Origin: Escherichia coli
GTDB taxonomy: Bacteria > Pseudomonadota > Gammaproteobacteria > Enterobacterales > Enterobacteriaceae
Reading direction: 5' to 3' (one strand)
Length of the DNA: 64,000 nucleotides
Assembly: GCF_041248615.1 (NCBI RefSeq)
Contig: NZ_CP158426.1
Of this stretch, positions 29,609-39,603 are shown one piece after another. Position 1 is the stretch's first letter. The number at the start of each line of letters is the position of its first letter. Below the pieces are notes generated by a model. It searched no databases and was not told the DNA's origin. It worked only from the letters and a program-made list of their open reading frames with translations. The position numbers and the translations under genes are program-made.

Positions 29609-30356
29609 GAGCAATCACTCCCAAAAAAAGATGATACGTCAGAGGATATCGCCCCTGTTGTTGCGGCCATGCCAGTTGCAATCGCTGCAACTGCGAACGC
29701 GTTAATATTCGTGGGTAGCGCCCTTCATGAAGATGCGTGGCACCGATGCCTTTCAGCGAACGCATAGCACTGAGCGCATCATCAAACCACAGCGTGATGG
29801 GCTGAATATGATGTTGATAATGCACTCCGTTCAGCGACTGTTCGATTTCATCTGGCGGTAAAAAGCGATTAGCATGCGGGCGCTCGTCCACCGCCTGCCA
29901 CGCCTGATGTAATTCAGGGAGCGATCCCTGCACCAGCGTGGTAAATGCGACCACGCCTCCGGGGCGCACCACCCGATACAGCTCGCGAAGTGCCGTGGAT
30001 AAATTACCGCACCACTGCACCGCGAGATTGCTCCATGCAAGATCGAACGTCGCAGTCGCTAACGGCAGGGATTCGATATCTCCCGCCAGATAATGGTCTG
30101 CGGCATCTTTATGGCGTGCCTGAACAAGCATTGGCGGCGAGAGATCTAACGCCGTCACCTGCGCGTGACGCTCTCTCCAATGGCGGCTCATCCAGCCAGG
30201 TCCACAACCCGCGTCCAGTACGTGGGTGTATTTACGCTGTGGGAGCGTTGCCAGTAAGACGTCAGCACTCTGGCGCTGTAACTCTGCGTGTTGCTCATAG
30301 TGCGCGGCTGCCCGACCAAATGCCGCTGCAATGGCTTGTTTATTAACCGTTGCCAT
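29601..30356 (-). CDS. bioC: malonyl-ACP O-methyltransferase BioC
   Basis: 251 aa SAM-MTase (LDAGCGPG); ORF trimmed to [17 protein letters not shown]. Confidence 0.9.
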   Translation of the reverse strand: MATVNKQAIAAAFGRAAAHYEQHAELQRQSADVLLATLPQRKYTHVLDAGCGPGWMSRHWRERHAQVTALDLSPPMLVQARHKDAADHYLAGDIESLPLATATFDLAWSNLAVQWCGNLSTALRELYRVVRPGGVVAFTTLVQGSLPELHQAWQAVDERPHANRFLPPDEIEQSLNGVHYQHHIQPITLWFDDALSAMRSLKGIGATHLHEGRYPRILTRSQLQRLQLAWPQQQGRYPLTYHLFLGVIARE

Positions 30357-31497
30357 GCAGCACCTCCAGCAGACGGTCGATATCCTGCATTTCATGCGCG
30401 GCGGTTAGTGTTAAGCGCAGTCGCGCAGTACCAGCGGGTACGGTTGGCGGGCGAATCGCCGTGACCCAGCAGCCTTGCTGGCGCAGTTTTTCTGCCAGTT
30501 GTAACGCACGGCTGTTATCACCAACAATCAATGGCTGGATGGCGCTGCATGAATCAGCAAGCGTAAACGGCAAATCCTGTACTCCGGCACGAAAACGCCT
30601 AATGAGTGCCGCCAGTTTTTCGCGCCGTGCATCACCCTCATCACTGCGAATGACCGCCAGCGATGCACGTAATGCCTGCGCCTGAGCGGGCGGCATACTG
30701 GTGCTGTAGATAAGATGGCGGGCGAATTGCAGCAGATAATCCGCCACCGTACTGGAGCAAAGCACCGCTGCCCCGCTGACGCCAAATCCTTTGCCAAAAG
30801 TCACCACCAGCAATTCTGGTTTTACCTTTTGCAGCCAGCAGCTGCCACGCCCCTGCTCCCCGATAACGCCCGTGCCGTGGGCATCATCGACCATCAACCA
30901 GCCATTGTGCTGTTGCGTTACTTGCTGGATTTCCGCCAGTGGCGGACTATCGCCGTCCATGCTGAACACGCCTTCTGTCACCACCAGTTGCTGCCCCGGA
31001 CAGGGGGAAGCAAGCAGTCGCGCCAGATGAGTAACATCGTTATGAACAAAACGGCGAAGCTGCGACGGGCTTAAACTGGCAGCTTCCAGCAATGAGGCGT
31101 GACTCAGCCGATCGGCAACAATACGGTCCTCTTTCGCCGTCATCGCGGTAATAACTGCCTGGTTAGCGGCAAAACCAGAGATAAACAGCAGTGCCCGCGA
31201 ATAGCCCAGCCACTCGGCCAGTTCTTCTTCCAGCGCCTGATGCGCCACGCTATAACCGCTGACGTGACCGGAACCGCCGCTACCGACGCCAAATTGCTCC
31301 GCACTCTGCTTCCAGGCACGGATAATTTGCGGATGATGGCTTAAACCTAAATAATCGTTACTGGAAAAGTTCAGATACTGGCGATCGTCCGCCACCAGCC
31401 AGCGTCCGGCCCCTTGCGCCACTGGATAACGGCGACGCAGGGCGTCGGCAGCACGCCGCGCATCGAGCGCCGCGTTGATTTTATCCTGCCAGCTCAT
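30343..31497 (-). CDS. bioF: 8-amino-7-oxononanoate synthase BioF
   Basis: 384 aa PLP-dependent aminotransferase class II. Confidence 0.93.
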   Translation of the reverse strand: MSWQDKINAALDARRAADALRRRYPVAQGAGRWLVADDRQYLNFSSNDYLGLSHHPQIIRAWKQSAEQFGVGSGGSGHVSGYSVAHQALEEELAEWLGYSRALLFISGFAANQAVITAMTAKEDRIVADRLSHASLLEAASLSPSQLRRFVHNDVTHLARLLASPCPGQQLVVTEGVFSMDGDSPPLAEIQQVTQQHNGWLMVDDAHGTGVIGEQGRGSCWLQKVKPELLVVTFGKGFGVSGAAVLCSSTVADYLLQFARHLIYSTSMPPAQAQALRASLAVIRSDEGDARREKLAALIRRFRAGVQDLPFTLADSCSAIQPLIVGDNSRALQLAEKLRQQGCWVTAIRPPTVPAGTARLRLTLTAAHEMQDIDRLLEVLHGNG

Positions 31498-32534
31498 AGT
31501 GCTGCCGCGTTGTAATATTCGTCAGTGTCCGGGGTCATCAGTGCCTGCTCCAGACGCTGCTGTTGTTCGTTATCCCCTGCCAGCACGGCAGTTTGCTGCG
31601 GATTTAGCCCCAGTTTGCGGAACAGTTGCAGGTCTTTATCTTCTTCCGGATTCGGCGTGGTTAGCAGTTTGCAACCGTAGAAAATCGAGTTTGCGCCAGC
31701 CATAAAGCACATTGCCTGAGTCTGTTCGTTCATCTGCTCGCGTCCGGCAGAAAGGCGCACGTAAGAGGTCGGCATCATGATCCGCGCTACGGCAATGGTG
31801 CGAATAAAATCAAAGGCATCGACATCATCGTTATCCGCCAGTGGAGTGCCTTTCACCTTCACCAGCATGTTGATTGGCACGCTTTCCGGCGGCGTCGGCA
31901 GGTTTGCCAGTTGCAGTAATAATCCGGCGCGATCTTTTACCGTTTCGCCTAAACCCACAATGCCACCTGAGCAGACTTTGATCCCGGCATCGCGCACTTT
32001 TTCCAGCGTATCAAGGCGTTCCTGATAAGTACGTGTGGTGATGATATTGCCGTAAAACTCCGGCGAGGTGTCGAGGTTGTGGTTGTAGTAATCCAGCCCG
32101 GCGTTCGCAAGGCGCTGCGCCTGAGATTCACTCAACGTACCCAGCGTCATACACGCCTCCAGGCCCATCGCTTTTACTCCCTGCACCATTTGTTCCAGGT
32201 AGGGCATATCGCGTTCGTGGGGATTCTTCCACGCCGCGCCCATGCAGAAGCGCGTCGATCCTGCCGCTTTCGCTTTGCGCGCCGACTCCAGCACCTGTTC
32301 AACTTCCATCAACCGCTCGGCTTCCAGCCCGGTTTTGTAGCGCGAGCTTTGCGGGCAGTATTTGCAATCTTCCGGACAAGCTCCGGTCTTAATTGACAGC
32401 AAAGTGCTGACCTGCACCTGACGTGGATCGAAATGCTGACGATGCACCTGCTGCGCTTCAAACAGCAGATCCAGCAACGGTTTTTCAAATAATTCTGTGA
32501 CTTGCGACAATGTCCAGCGTGGGCGGTGAGCCAT
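31494..32534 (-). CDS. bioB: biotin synthase BioB (radical SAM)
   Basis: 346 aa; CPEDCKYC radical-SAM motif. Confidence 0.95.
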   Translation of the reverse strand: MAHRPRWTLSQVTELFEKPLLDLLFEAQQVHRQHFDPRQVQVSTLLSIKTGACPEDCKYCPQSSRYKTGLEAERLMEVEQVLESARKAKAAGSTRFCMGAAWKNPHERDMPYLEQMVQGVKAMGLEACMTLGTLSESQAQRLANAGLDYYNHNLDTSPEFYGNIITTRTYQERLDTLEKVRDAGIKVCSGGIVGLGETVKDRAGLLLQLANLPTPPESVPINMLVKVKGTPLADNDDVDAFDFIRTIAVARIMMPTSYVRLSAGREQMNEQTQAMCFMAGANSIFYGCKLLTTPNPEEDKDLQLFRKLGLNPQQTAVLAGDNEQQQRLEQALMTPDTDEYYNAAAL

Positions 32535-32574
32535 GGGGCTTCTCCAAAACGTGTTTTTTGTTGTTAATTCGGTG

Positions 32575-32614
32575 TAGACTCGTAAACCTAAATCTTTTCA
32601 ATTTGGTTTACAAG
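32575..32614. promoter_or_regulatory. bio operator (BirA binding site) with divergent bioA/bioBFCD promoters
   Basis: imperfect palindrome cgtaaacctaaatcttttcaatttggtttacaag between divergent bioB and bioA starts. Confidence 0.8.
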
Positions 32615-32620
32615 TCGATT

Positions 32621-33910
32621 ATGACAACGGACGATCTTGCCTTTGACCAACGCCATATCTGGCACCCATACACATCCATGACCTCCCCGCTACCGGTTTA
32701 TCCGGTGGCGAGCGCCGAAGGTTGCGAGCTAATTTTGTCTGACGGCAGACGCCTGGTTGACGGTATGTCGTCCTGGTGGGCGGCGATCCACGGTTACAAT
32801 CACCCGCAGCTTAATGCGGCTATGAAGTCGCAAATTGATGCCATGTCGCATGTGATGTTTGGCGGTATCACTCATGCGCCAGCCATTGAGCTGTGCCGCA
32901 AACTGGTGGCGATGACGCCGCAACCGCTGGAATGCGTTTTTCTCGCGGACTCCGGTTCCGTAGCGGTGGAAGTGGCGATGAAAATGGCGTTGCAGTACTG
33001 GCAAGCCAAAGGCGAAGCGCGCCAGCGTTTTCTGACCTTCCGCAATGGTTATCATGGCGATACCTTTGGCGCGATGTCGGTGTGCGATCCGGATAACTCA
33101 ATGCACAGTCTGTGGAAAGGCTATCTGCCAGAAAACTTGTTTGCTCCCGCCCCGCAAAGCCGCATGGATGGTGAATGGGATGAACGCGATATGGTGGGCT
33201 TTGCCCGCCTGATGGCGGCGCATCGTCATGAAATCGCCGCAGTGATCATTGAACCGATTGTCCAGGGCGCAGGTGGGATGCGCATTTACCATCCGGAATG
33301 GTTAAAACGAATCCGCAAAATGTGCGATCGTGAAGGTATCTTGCTGATTGCCGACGAGATCGCCACCGGATTTGGTCGTACCGGTAAACTGTTTGCCTGT
33401 GAACATGCAGAAATCGCGCCGGACATTTTGTGCCTCGGTAAAGCCTTAACTGGCGGCACGATGACCCTTTCCGCCACGCTCACCACGCGCGAGGTTGCGG
33501 AAACCATCAGTAACGGCGAAGCCGGCTGCTTTATGCATGGGCCAACTTTTATGGGCAATCCGCTGGCCTGCGCAGCAGCAAACGCCAGCCTGGCGATTCT
33601 TGAATCTGGCGACTGGCAGCAGCAGGTGGCGGCTATTGAAGCGCAGCTACGCGAGCAACTTGCCCCCGCCTGTGACGCCGAAATGGTTGCCGATGTGCGC
33701 GTACTGGGGGCAATCGGTGTGGTCGAAACCACTCGTCCGGTGAATATGGCAGCGCTGCAAAAATTCTTTGTCGAACAGGGTGTCTGGATCCGGCCTTTTG
33801 GCAAACTGATTTACCTGATGCCGCCCTATATTATTCTCCCGCAACAGTTGCAGCGTCTGACCGCAGCGGTTAATCGTGCGGTGCAGGATGAAACATTTTT
33901 TTGCCAATAA
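32621..33910 (+). CDS. bioA: adenosylmethionine-8-amino-7-oxononanoate aminotransferase BioA
   Basis: 429 aa; ORF 32510..33910 trimmed to ATG 32621 ([17 protein letters not shown]). Confidence 0.94.
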   Translation: MTTDDLAFDQRHIWHPYTSMTSPLPVYPVASAEGCELILSDGRRLVDGMSSWWAAIHGYNHPQLNAAMKSQIDAMSHVMFGGITHAPAIELCRKLVAMTPQPLECVFLADSGSVAVEVAMKMALQYWQAKGEARQRFLTFRNGYHGDTFGAMSVCDPDNSMHSLWKGYLPENLFAPAPQSRMDGEWDERDMVGFARLMAAHRHEIAAVIIEPIVQGAGGMRIYHPEWLKRIRKMCDREGILLIADEIATGFGRTGKLFACEHAEIAPDILCLGKALTGGTMTLSATLTTREVAETISNGEAGCFMHGPTFMGNPLACAAANASLAILESGDWQQQVAAIEAQLREQLAPACDAEMVADVRVLGAIGVVETTRPVNMAALQKFFVEQGVWIRPFGKLIYLMPPYIILPQQLQRLTAAVNRAVQDETFFCQ

Positions 33911-33968
33911 CGGGAAGTCAGCGTGAGGGTTTCTGGCTACACTTTCTGCAAACTAGAAAGGAGGGTTC

Positions 33969-34445
33969 ATGAAACTCATCAGTAATGATCTGCGCGATGG
34001 CGATAAGTTGCCGCATCGTCATGTCTTTAACGGCATGGGTTACGATGGCGATAATATTTCACCGCATCTGGCGTGGGATGATGTTCCTGCGGGAACGAAA
34101 AGTTTTGTTGTCACCTGCTTTGACCCGGACGCGCCAACCGGCTCCGGCTGGTGGCACTGGGTCGTTGTTAACTTACCCGCTGATACCCGCGTATTACCGC
34201 AAGGGTTTGGCTCTGGTCTGGTAGCAATGCCTGACGGCGTTTTGCAGACGCGTACCGACTTTGGTAAAGCCGGATACGGTGGCGCAGCGCCGCCGAAAGG
34301 CGAAACCCATCGCTACATTTTTACCGTTCACGCGCTGGATGTAGAACGTATTGATGTCGATGAAGGTGCCAGCGGCGCGATGGTCGGGTTTAACGTCCAT
34401 TTCCACTCTCTGGCAAGCGCCTCGATTACTGCGATGTTTAGTTAA
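33969..34445 (+). CDS. ybhB: PEBP/YbhB-family protein
   Basis: 158 aa; PEBP fold motifs; adjacent to bioA as in K-12. Confidence 0.9.
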   Translation: MKLISNDLRDGDKLPHRHVFNGMGYDGDNISPHLAWDDVPAGTKSFVVTCFDPDAPTGSGWWHWVVVNLPADTRVLPQGFGSGLVAMPDGVLQTRTDFGKAGYGGAAPPKGETHRYIFTVHALDVERIDVDEGASGAMVGFNVHFHSLASASITAMFS

Positions 34446-34535
34446 TCACTCTGCCAGATGGCGCTATGCCATCTGGTATCACTTAAAGGTATTAAAAACA
34501 ACTTTTTGTCTTTTTACCTTCCCGTTTCGCTCAAG

Positions 34536-34550
34536 TTAGTATAAAAAAGC
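34536..34550. other. lambda att core (O region) at prophage-chromosome junction (attR-type: P arm - core - B')
   Basis: ttagtataaaaaagc = reverse complement of the 15-bp lambda core GCTTTTTTATACTAA; the lower-coordinate flank matches chromosomal attB (..CTTGAGCGAAACGGGAAGG) and the higher-coordinate flank matches the lambda attP P-arm. Confidence 0.85.
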
Positions 34551-34700
34551 TGAACGAGAAACGTAAATGATATAAATATCAATATATTAAATTAGATTTT
34601 GCATAAAAAACAGACTACAAAATACTGTAAAACACAACATATGCAGTCACTATGAATCAACTACTTAGATGATATTAGTGACCTGTAACAGAGCATTAGC
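34551..34700. promoter_or_regulatory. lambda-like attP P-arm (Int arm-type/IHF/Xis/Fis site region)
   Basis: AT-rich sequence (..CGTTTCTCGTTCA next to the core, ..TGCAAAATCTAATTTAATATATTGATATTTATATCATTTACG.. as reverse complement) matching the lambda P arm from memory. Confidence 0.65.
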
Positions 34701-35227
34701 GCAAGGTGATTTTTTGTCCTCTTGCGCTAATTTTTTGTCAACTCACTGGGTTAGTTGAATTTACAACCATGCTCAGTATCTCGATAAGCGCAGGGAGATG
34801 ATGCAGTGGTGGGCGGACTGGCTTGATGAAAGTGTGCTGTAATCCTCATATCCAACCTAAGAGATATGCACAATTTTGTGAATAAGATATTGAGAATTAG
34901 CAAAAGTTTTATTTTGCGTATCATCAATTCAGAATACAAAGTCACATGCTAATGTTCTGCATTGGTATCTTTTGCTTATCCATGTCTACATTATCGCCAA
35001 AATAATAGGTTTTGCCTATCAATTATTTGAATTACTTCCATGAAATTATAACGCACTTGTAATTTTTGATTATTTTTACCTCTCAAGTGTTTTGTTTCTT
35101 CTATCTCTTTGTATTTTTAGCGAAAGTATGCCATATTGCATTCTAATATAACGTGGCGTTGTTTCTGTTTAATGATTTAAATAGTTCAACATAATATTTG
35201 CTAACAAATTATATCCAAGCAAATCAT

Positions 35228-36373
35228 ATGATATTATCATTACAATATATTAGAGGAATAGCATCATTACTTGTTGTTTTATTCCACTTCAGATTCTTGC
35301 TAAATGAGCACTACTCTCAGAAAGATTTGGGTGACCTATTATTTGGGAATGGGCTGTCTGGAGTTGATATATTCTTCATATTAAGTGGATTTATCATCGT
35401 ATACTCAACAAGAAAGAAGGAAGTTAATGATACTTTCTCATTCTCAATTAGAAGAATATTTAGAATATACCCATTACTAATCACATGCTGTTGCATGTAT
35501 TACATAATAAACACTCAATTTCTAACCTATGCTACAGTTGAAAACTTTAGAACCTTACTTATTTCCATCATTCCATTAAATATAAACTGGAATGAAGGCG
35601 CTCCATTCTTTGCCTATAATCTTTTGTACCCGGCCTGGACGATAACATATGAAATTGGTTTCTATGTTTTTTTCGGGGTATCAATGTCTATTTCGCATAA
35701 ATACAGAACAATTATCTGTTCTGTTTTTATAATCATGGTGGTCTCATTTACACAATACTATGTAAATGGAAATATATCATTTTCAGGTGATGTTAGTGCA
35801 GGGTTATTTACAGATAACTGGTTATTAGGATATACAAATGTTATTACATCTCCAATGATGTATGAATTCGTTATTGGGATGTTTCTTTCTGAAATATTTA
35901 CAAACATCAACGAAAGCAAAAGTATTAAAAGGATACTTTCAAAGTATTCGCTTCAAATACTATGGATTTCATGTGGTATATCCATAATATTATTCATTAT
36001 CCAGCGACCTTATGGGCATGGATTGAATGGATTTGGGACTATGGCGATGATACTTATTGCATCATCATTAGTATATGAATACTGCAATATAACACCCAAA
36101 ATAAAAATATTTAATTTCCTTGGTGAAATATCATATTCTTTATATCTAATTCACGCCGTGATACTTGCTTTGTTCTTCTATTATAAGGCAGACCTTGCTG
36201 AAATTGGCATAACTGGTGGATTTTCTGTGTTTTTTTCCTTGGTTATTATCTCAATAACTGCATCATATCCAATATATATTCTCATTGAAAAGCCAATGAT
36301 AAATATAGGTAAACGTTTAATTGACAAGAGAAATAAGAGCATTAACAAAAAAGAAACCGAAATAACAGCGTGA
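35228..36373 (+). CDS. acyltransferase family 3 membrane protein (O-antigen/OafA-type acetyltransferase-like)
   Basis: about 381 aa, 10+ TM; N-terminal YIRGIASLLVVLFH and FFILSGF motifs typical of acyltransferase_3; AT-rich; ORF 35198 (TTG) trimmed to ATG 35228. Confidence 0.75.
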   Translation: MILSLQYIRGIASLLVVLFHFRFLLNEHYSQKDLGDLLFGNGLSGVDIFFILSGFIIVYSTRKKEVNDTFSFSIRRIFRIYPLLITCCCMYYIINTQFLTYATVENFRTLLISIIPLNINWNEGAPFFAYNLLYPAWTITYEIGFYVFFGVSMSISHKYRTIICSVFIIMVVSFTQYYVNGNISFSGDVSAGLFTDNWLLGYTNVITSPMMYEFVIGMFLSEIFTNINESKSIKRILSKYSLQILWISCGISIILFIIQRPYGHGLNGFGTMAMILIASSLVYEYCNITPKIKIFNFLGEISYSLYLIHAVILALFFYYKADLAEIGITGGFSVFFSLVIISITASYPIYILIEKPMINIGKRLIDKRNKSINKKETEITA

Positions 36374-36410
36374 TAATGACAAAGTTAGTGCCGGGATACC
36401 CCGGCACTAT

Positions 36411-37748
36411 TTAATCTATTTCGTAAGTGACAGTGATTATCACTTCTGCATTATTACCCAAAACATTTTGATATATATTCATATTACCTGATAATGTAGT
36501 TGCTCCAGTAAGAGTTATATAACTACTATTTGCATCAACCCTTGGAAGTAAAGCGGTAACTGCTGTTGTTAAATTATTATAGTAGCCTGTACTTCCAACA
36601 TATGCAGCTTTATTGCTTGATACATATGGTAACCCTCCAATTCTGAAACCATCTCCTGACCCAATTAAAGTTATACCAAGGTGACATGTTGCCGTTATGA
36701 TATTGCCACTCCTGACATAATTTCCTTTCTGCTGATAATATGTGGCATTACCACCTACAGTCGGAATCCAAACTCCAGTTTCTATATCACCACATGACCA
36801 GTCTTCTGCTGTTGTTAGTTTTCCAGTAACAATAAATTTACTTCCACCACCAGAATTATAAGGAACAAAAATTGGATTTATTCTTGCATAAGTGTTACCG
36901 GTCTGCTCATTAAGATCATTTCTATCAATAAGAACTTGACCATTTTCGAAGTTTGAAATCTGGCAGTCTGTTACACTCCAGTCTCTTAACTTCACATCAG
37001 CATCCATGACACCAATAAGCTTACCAGCATTACCAATTTTTTCTTTATGCATATTTACATACACATTTCTTACCGTAACAGACTGAGGGAACAGATAATT
37101 AGCAGGATTAGTTTTATCACTTAAAACAGATATTACCCAAGGTCTGTATTGAGTACTTACTTCACAATAAAATCCATCAATAAGCGTTCCAGATGCCGCT
37201 GGCCCAAGTAGTATTCCACCTGTAGAGTGATGCGCACTACCTCCAATTACTCTCCCCTTAACGCAGTTAATATAGGCAAAACATCCTAAATCTTGATTGT
37301 CATAGGCTGACATAGCACAGTCTCTAACTGTTACTCGAGAATTTCCTCCGTCATAAGCTGAGCCATCAGTTTTCTTACCAACTATTGATATAAAGTTACC
37401 AATAGCAACTCGACTATAAAAAGTTTTTTTATAACACCCCTCAATTAAAATATCCCAGTTTTCAAACTGAGCATATATATCATAAATGCTGGCATTCCCA
37501 TAATCTATGAAATCACAATATCTTATTTTCGGCGTATAAACGGCACTTTTTATCTTTATACCACCTAATGCTCTCTCCCCACCTGTGAATCTAATGCCAG
37601 TAACGGTGTAATCGCCTTGATAGAAATTATCTGCGGTAGGATTATTTTCGTCAGAATCATCACCCAATATAATAGCAAATTCACTCCCTGAATAATTAAT
37701 TGTCGCCCCCTTATTTGAATATATAGTTACAGGTCTTATAAACTCCAA
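36411..37748 (-). CDS. beta-helix (pectate-lyase-like) protein, probable tailspike/tail-fibre distal fragment; no ATG start
   Basis: 445 aa, Asn/Gly/Ser/Thr-rich with repeated short beta-strand pattern; first codon in frame after the stop is TTG, with no ATG or N-terminal adaptor domain; AT-rich. Confidence 0.5.
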   Translation of the reverse strand: MEFIRPVTIYSNKGATINYSGSEFAIILGDDSDENNPTADNFYQGDYTVTGIRFTGGERALGGIKIKSAVYTPKIRYCDFIDYGNASIYDIYAQFENWDILIEGCYKKTFYSRVAIGNFISIVGKKTDGSAYDGGNSRVTVRDCAMSAYDNQDLGCFAYINCVKGRVIGGSAHHSTGGILLGPAASGTLIDGFYCEVSTQYRPWVISVLSDKTNPANYLFPQSVTVRNVYVNMHKEKIGNAGKLIGVMDADVKLRDWSVTDCQISNFENGQVLIDRNDLNEQTGNTYARINPIFVPYNSGGGSKFIVTGKLTTAEDWSCGDIETGVWIPTVGGNATYYQQKGNYVRSGNIITATCHLGITLIGSGDGFRIGGLPYVSSNKAAYVGSTGYYNNLTTAVTALLPRVDANSSYITLTGATTLSGNMNIYQNVLGNNAEVIITVTYEID

Positions 37749-38140
37749 AGAATTACTTATCAGATACTCTCCATAAGGAAAAAAATCTCAACTGGTGGTG
37801 AGTACTTTGGTCTGGAGTTTACGTAATTCATAATATTGATTACACCAACATCATAGATAATCGCCACCTTCTGGCGAGGAGCTCCTGATGCAATTAATCG
37901 CCAGGCCTACGCCCATTATTCATGGGTAAATTTTGGACGGAGCCCCCAATTCCATCCTCAATTCTCCCTCGCACTGAGGAGTAGTAAGTGCAATTATTTA
38001 AAAAATCGCAAACAGAATATTATCATTTATTCTTGCATTCTGTTAATTAAAACCACACATAAAAACGTTGATACTTGATAAGTAAGTAGAGTATTATTAA
38101 TGGTTTTAATAACGAACCTTTTAATCATGAGAAGCCTCAA

Positions 38141-39166
38141 ATGACTAGTACCAATAACATAACAAGAAAAAAAATGGATGGAGTAACAATCTTAAGATTT
38201 ATAGCTGCTTTTTATGTGTTTATTTTTCACATTAACATGAGAGTCCCCGTTAATTTTGGAGAGCTTATTAATAAAACCATTAGCAATGGCGTCATTGGCA
38301 TGAGTATTTTCTTCATGCTTTCTGGTTTTGTTTTGACTTATAATTACTATGGTTCCTTGTCAAACAATTACTTCAGGAAGCGAATAGCAAGAATATTTCC
38401 AGCCTATTTATTTTGTGGGCTTTTAACCCTCCCATTTTTGTTATCCAGCGATGCAAGCTTTTTAAAAATGATTGCAAGCATATTCTTGTTTGTTACTGGA
38501 ATGCAATCATGGATTTATCAGACCTTCGATTTTTGGAATTTTAGCGGTACCTGGTCAATATCAGTGGAATTGTTTTTTTATGCCCTGTTTCCATTTTTGA
38601 TAAAAAACATCAACAAAAACAATGTAATTTATGTTTTACTTTTTTCATATTTATCTTCAGCATTATTAATCCCATTATCTGATATAATTCAGGGACCTGT
38701 AGTTTGGTCCGTATATTACGCAACTCCAATATACAGGTTACCAGAATTTGTGGTGGGCGTCTGTATCGCAATACTTTTTTTAAATGGCTATCGTGTTAAC
38801 CATTATACATGGCTATTAAGCATTTTATTATTTCTGTATGCTACCACCCAGCAAAACAATAACTCCATGGGGGTGAACTATCTCACAATTCCTGCGATAT
38901 CAATTATGTTATTGCACCTGGCAAAAATCAACATCAAAAACAACATTGCAAACAGAGCGATCATTTACTTTGGAGATATAAGTTATTCGTTTTATTTGAT
39001 GCAATTACCTATATTATATTACCTGGATCATAATAAAAACTCATTTATTCTTAACTATGGTCTTTTTAGCTGGCTTGTACTTTTTGTTATTAATACTGCA
39101 ATGGCATCATTATCTTATCACTTTCTGGAGAAGAACGATAAAATCAGAAAAATAATTACATCCTGA
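38141..39166 (+). CDS. acyltransferase family 3 membrane protein (O-antigen acetyltransferase Oac-like)
   Basis: 341 aa, multi-TM; ILRFIAAFYVFIFH and FFMLSGFVLTYN motifs; ATG start; very AT-rich. Confidence 0.78.
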   Translation: MTSTNNITRKKMDGVTILRFIAAFYVFIFHINMRVPVNFGELINKTISNGVIGMSIFFMLSGFVLTYNYYGSLSNNYFRKRIARIFPAYLFCGLLTLPFLLSSDASFLKMIASIFLFVTGMQSWIYQTFDFWNFSGTWSISVELFFYALFPFLIKNINKNNVIYVLLFSYLSSALLIPLSDIIQGPVVWSVYYATPIYRLPEFVVGVCIAILFLNGYRVNHYTWLLSILLFLYATTQQNNNSMGVNYLTIPAISIMLLHLAKINIKNNIANRAIIYFGDISYSFYLMQLPILYYLDHNKNSFILNYGLFSWLVLFVINTAMASLSYHFLEKNDKIRKIITS

Positions 39167-39170
39167 TTTA

Positions 39171-39190
39171 TTAGGGGGGTACCCCCCTAA
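39171..39190. terminator. bidirectional hairpin terminator between acyltransferase and tail-fibre assembly gene
   Basis: perfect palindrome ttaggggggtacccccctaa flanked by T/A runs, between convergent stops (39166 and 39208). Confidence 0.65.
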
Positions 39191-39207
39191 TAATACACCA
39201 CATAATT

Positions 39208-39603
39208 TCAACGTATTATCTCTGGCCTTTCTGGCCAGGTTATTTCTGGAATTAAGGACAAATCCACTGACATTAAATTATTAACATATTCCTTCCATAA
39301 CAAAAGATTGTTCTTGTTATTTTCACTTATAATACCGAGTAACAAATCTGACTGCCAGTTCATAATTAAACCATTAGCACTATCCAGCAGACACTGTCTT
39401 TCATTCTCTGCCTCACGAAGTAATTCATCATGTGTTTTTGGCGGCTGCGTAGGTGACGAAAGCTTTCCCTTATCATAGAACCAACCAATTCTTACATTAT
39501 CGGATACAGGTATAACTAACGCATTAGTTGGTTGCCAGGCACTCTCACCATCCCATACCGCAATATTGGTAACAACACCATTTTCTATAACGGCATAGTT
39601 CAT
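39208..39603 (-). CDS. tail fibre assembly protein (Tfa-like chaperone)
   Basis: ORF 39208..39618 trimmed to MNYAVIENGVVTNIAVWDG.. (typical Tfa N-terminus); ATG overlaps tail-fibre stop. Confidence 0.8.
   Translation of the reverse strand: MNYAVIENGVVTNIAVWDGESAWQPTNALVIPVSDNVRIGWFYDKGKLSSPTQPPKTHDELLREAENERQCLLDSANGLIMNWQSDLLLGIISENNKNNLLLWKEYVNNLMSVDLSLIPEITWPERPEIIR

Noticed and set aside
34751-34945. 64-aa minus-strand ORF next to the att site
   Set aside because: Lies in the AT-rich attP arm/b-region leader; no RBS; low-complexity product.
39171-39190. perfect GGGGGGTACCCCCC palindrome as a possible recombination site or inverted repeat of a mobile element
   Set aside because: Single copy, placed exactly between two convergent stops with flanking A/T runs; best explained as a bidirectional terminator.
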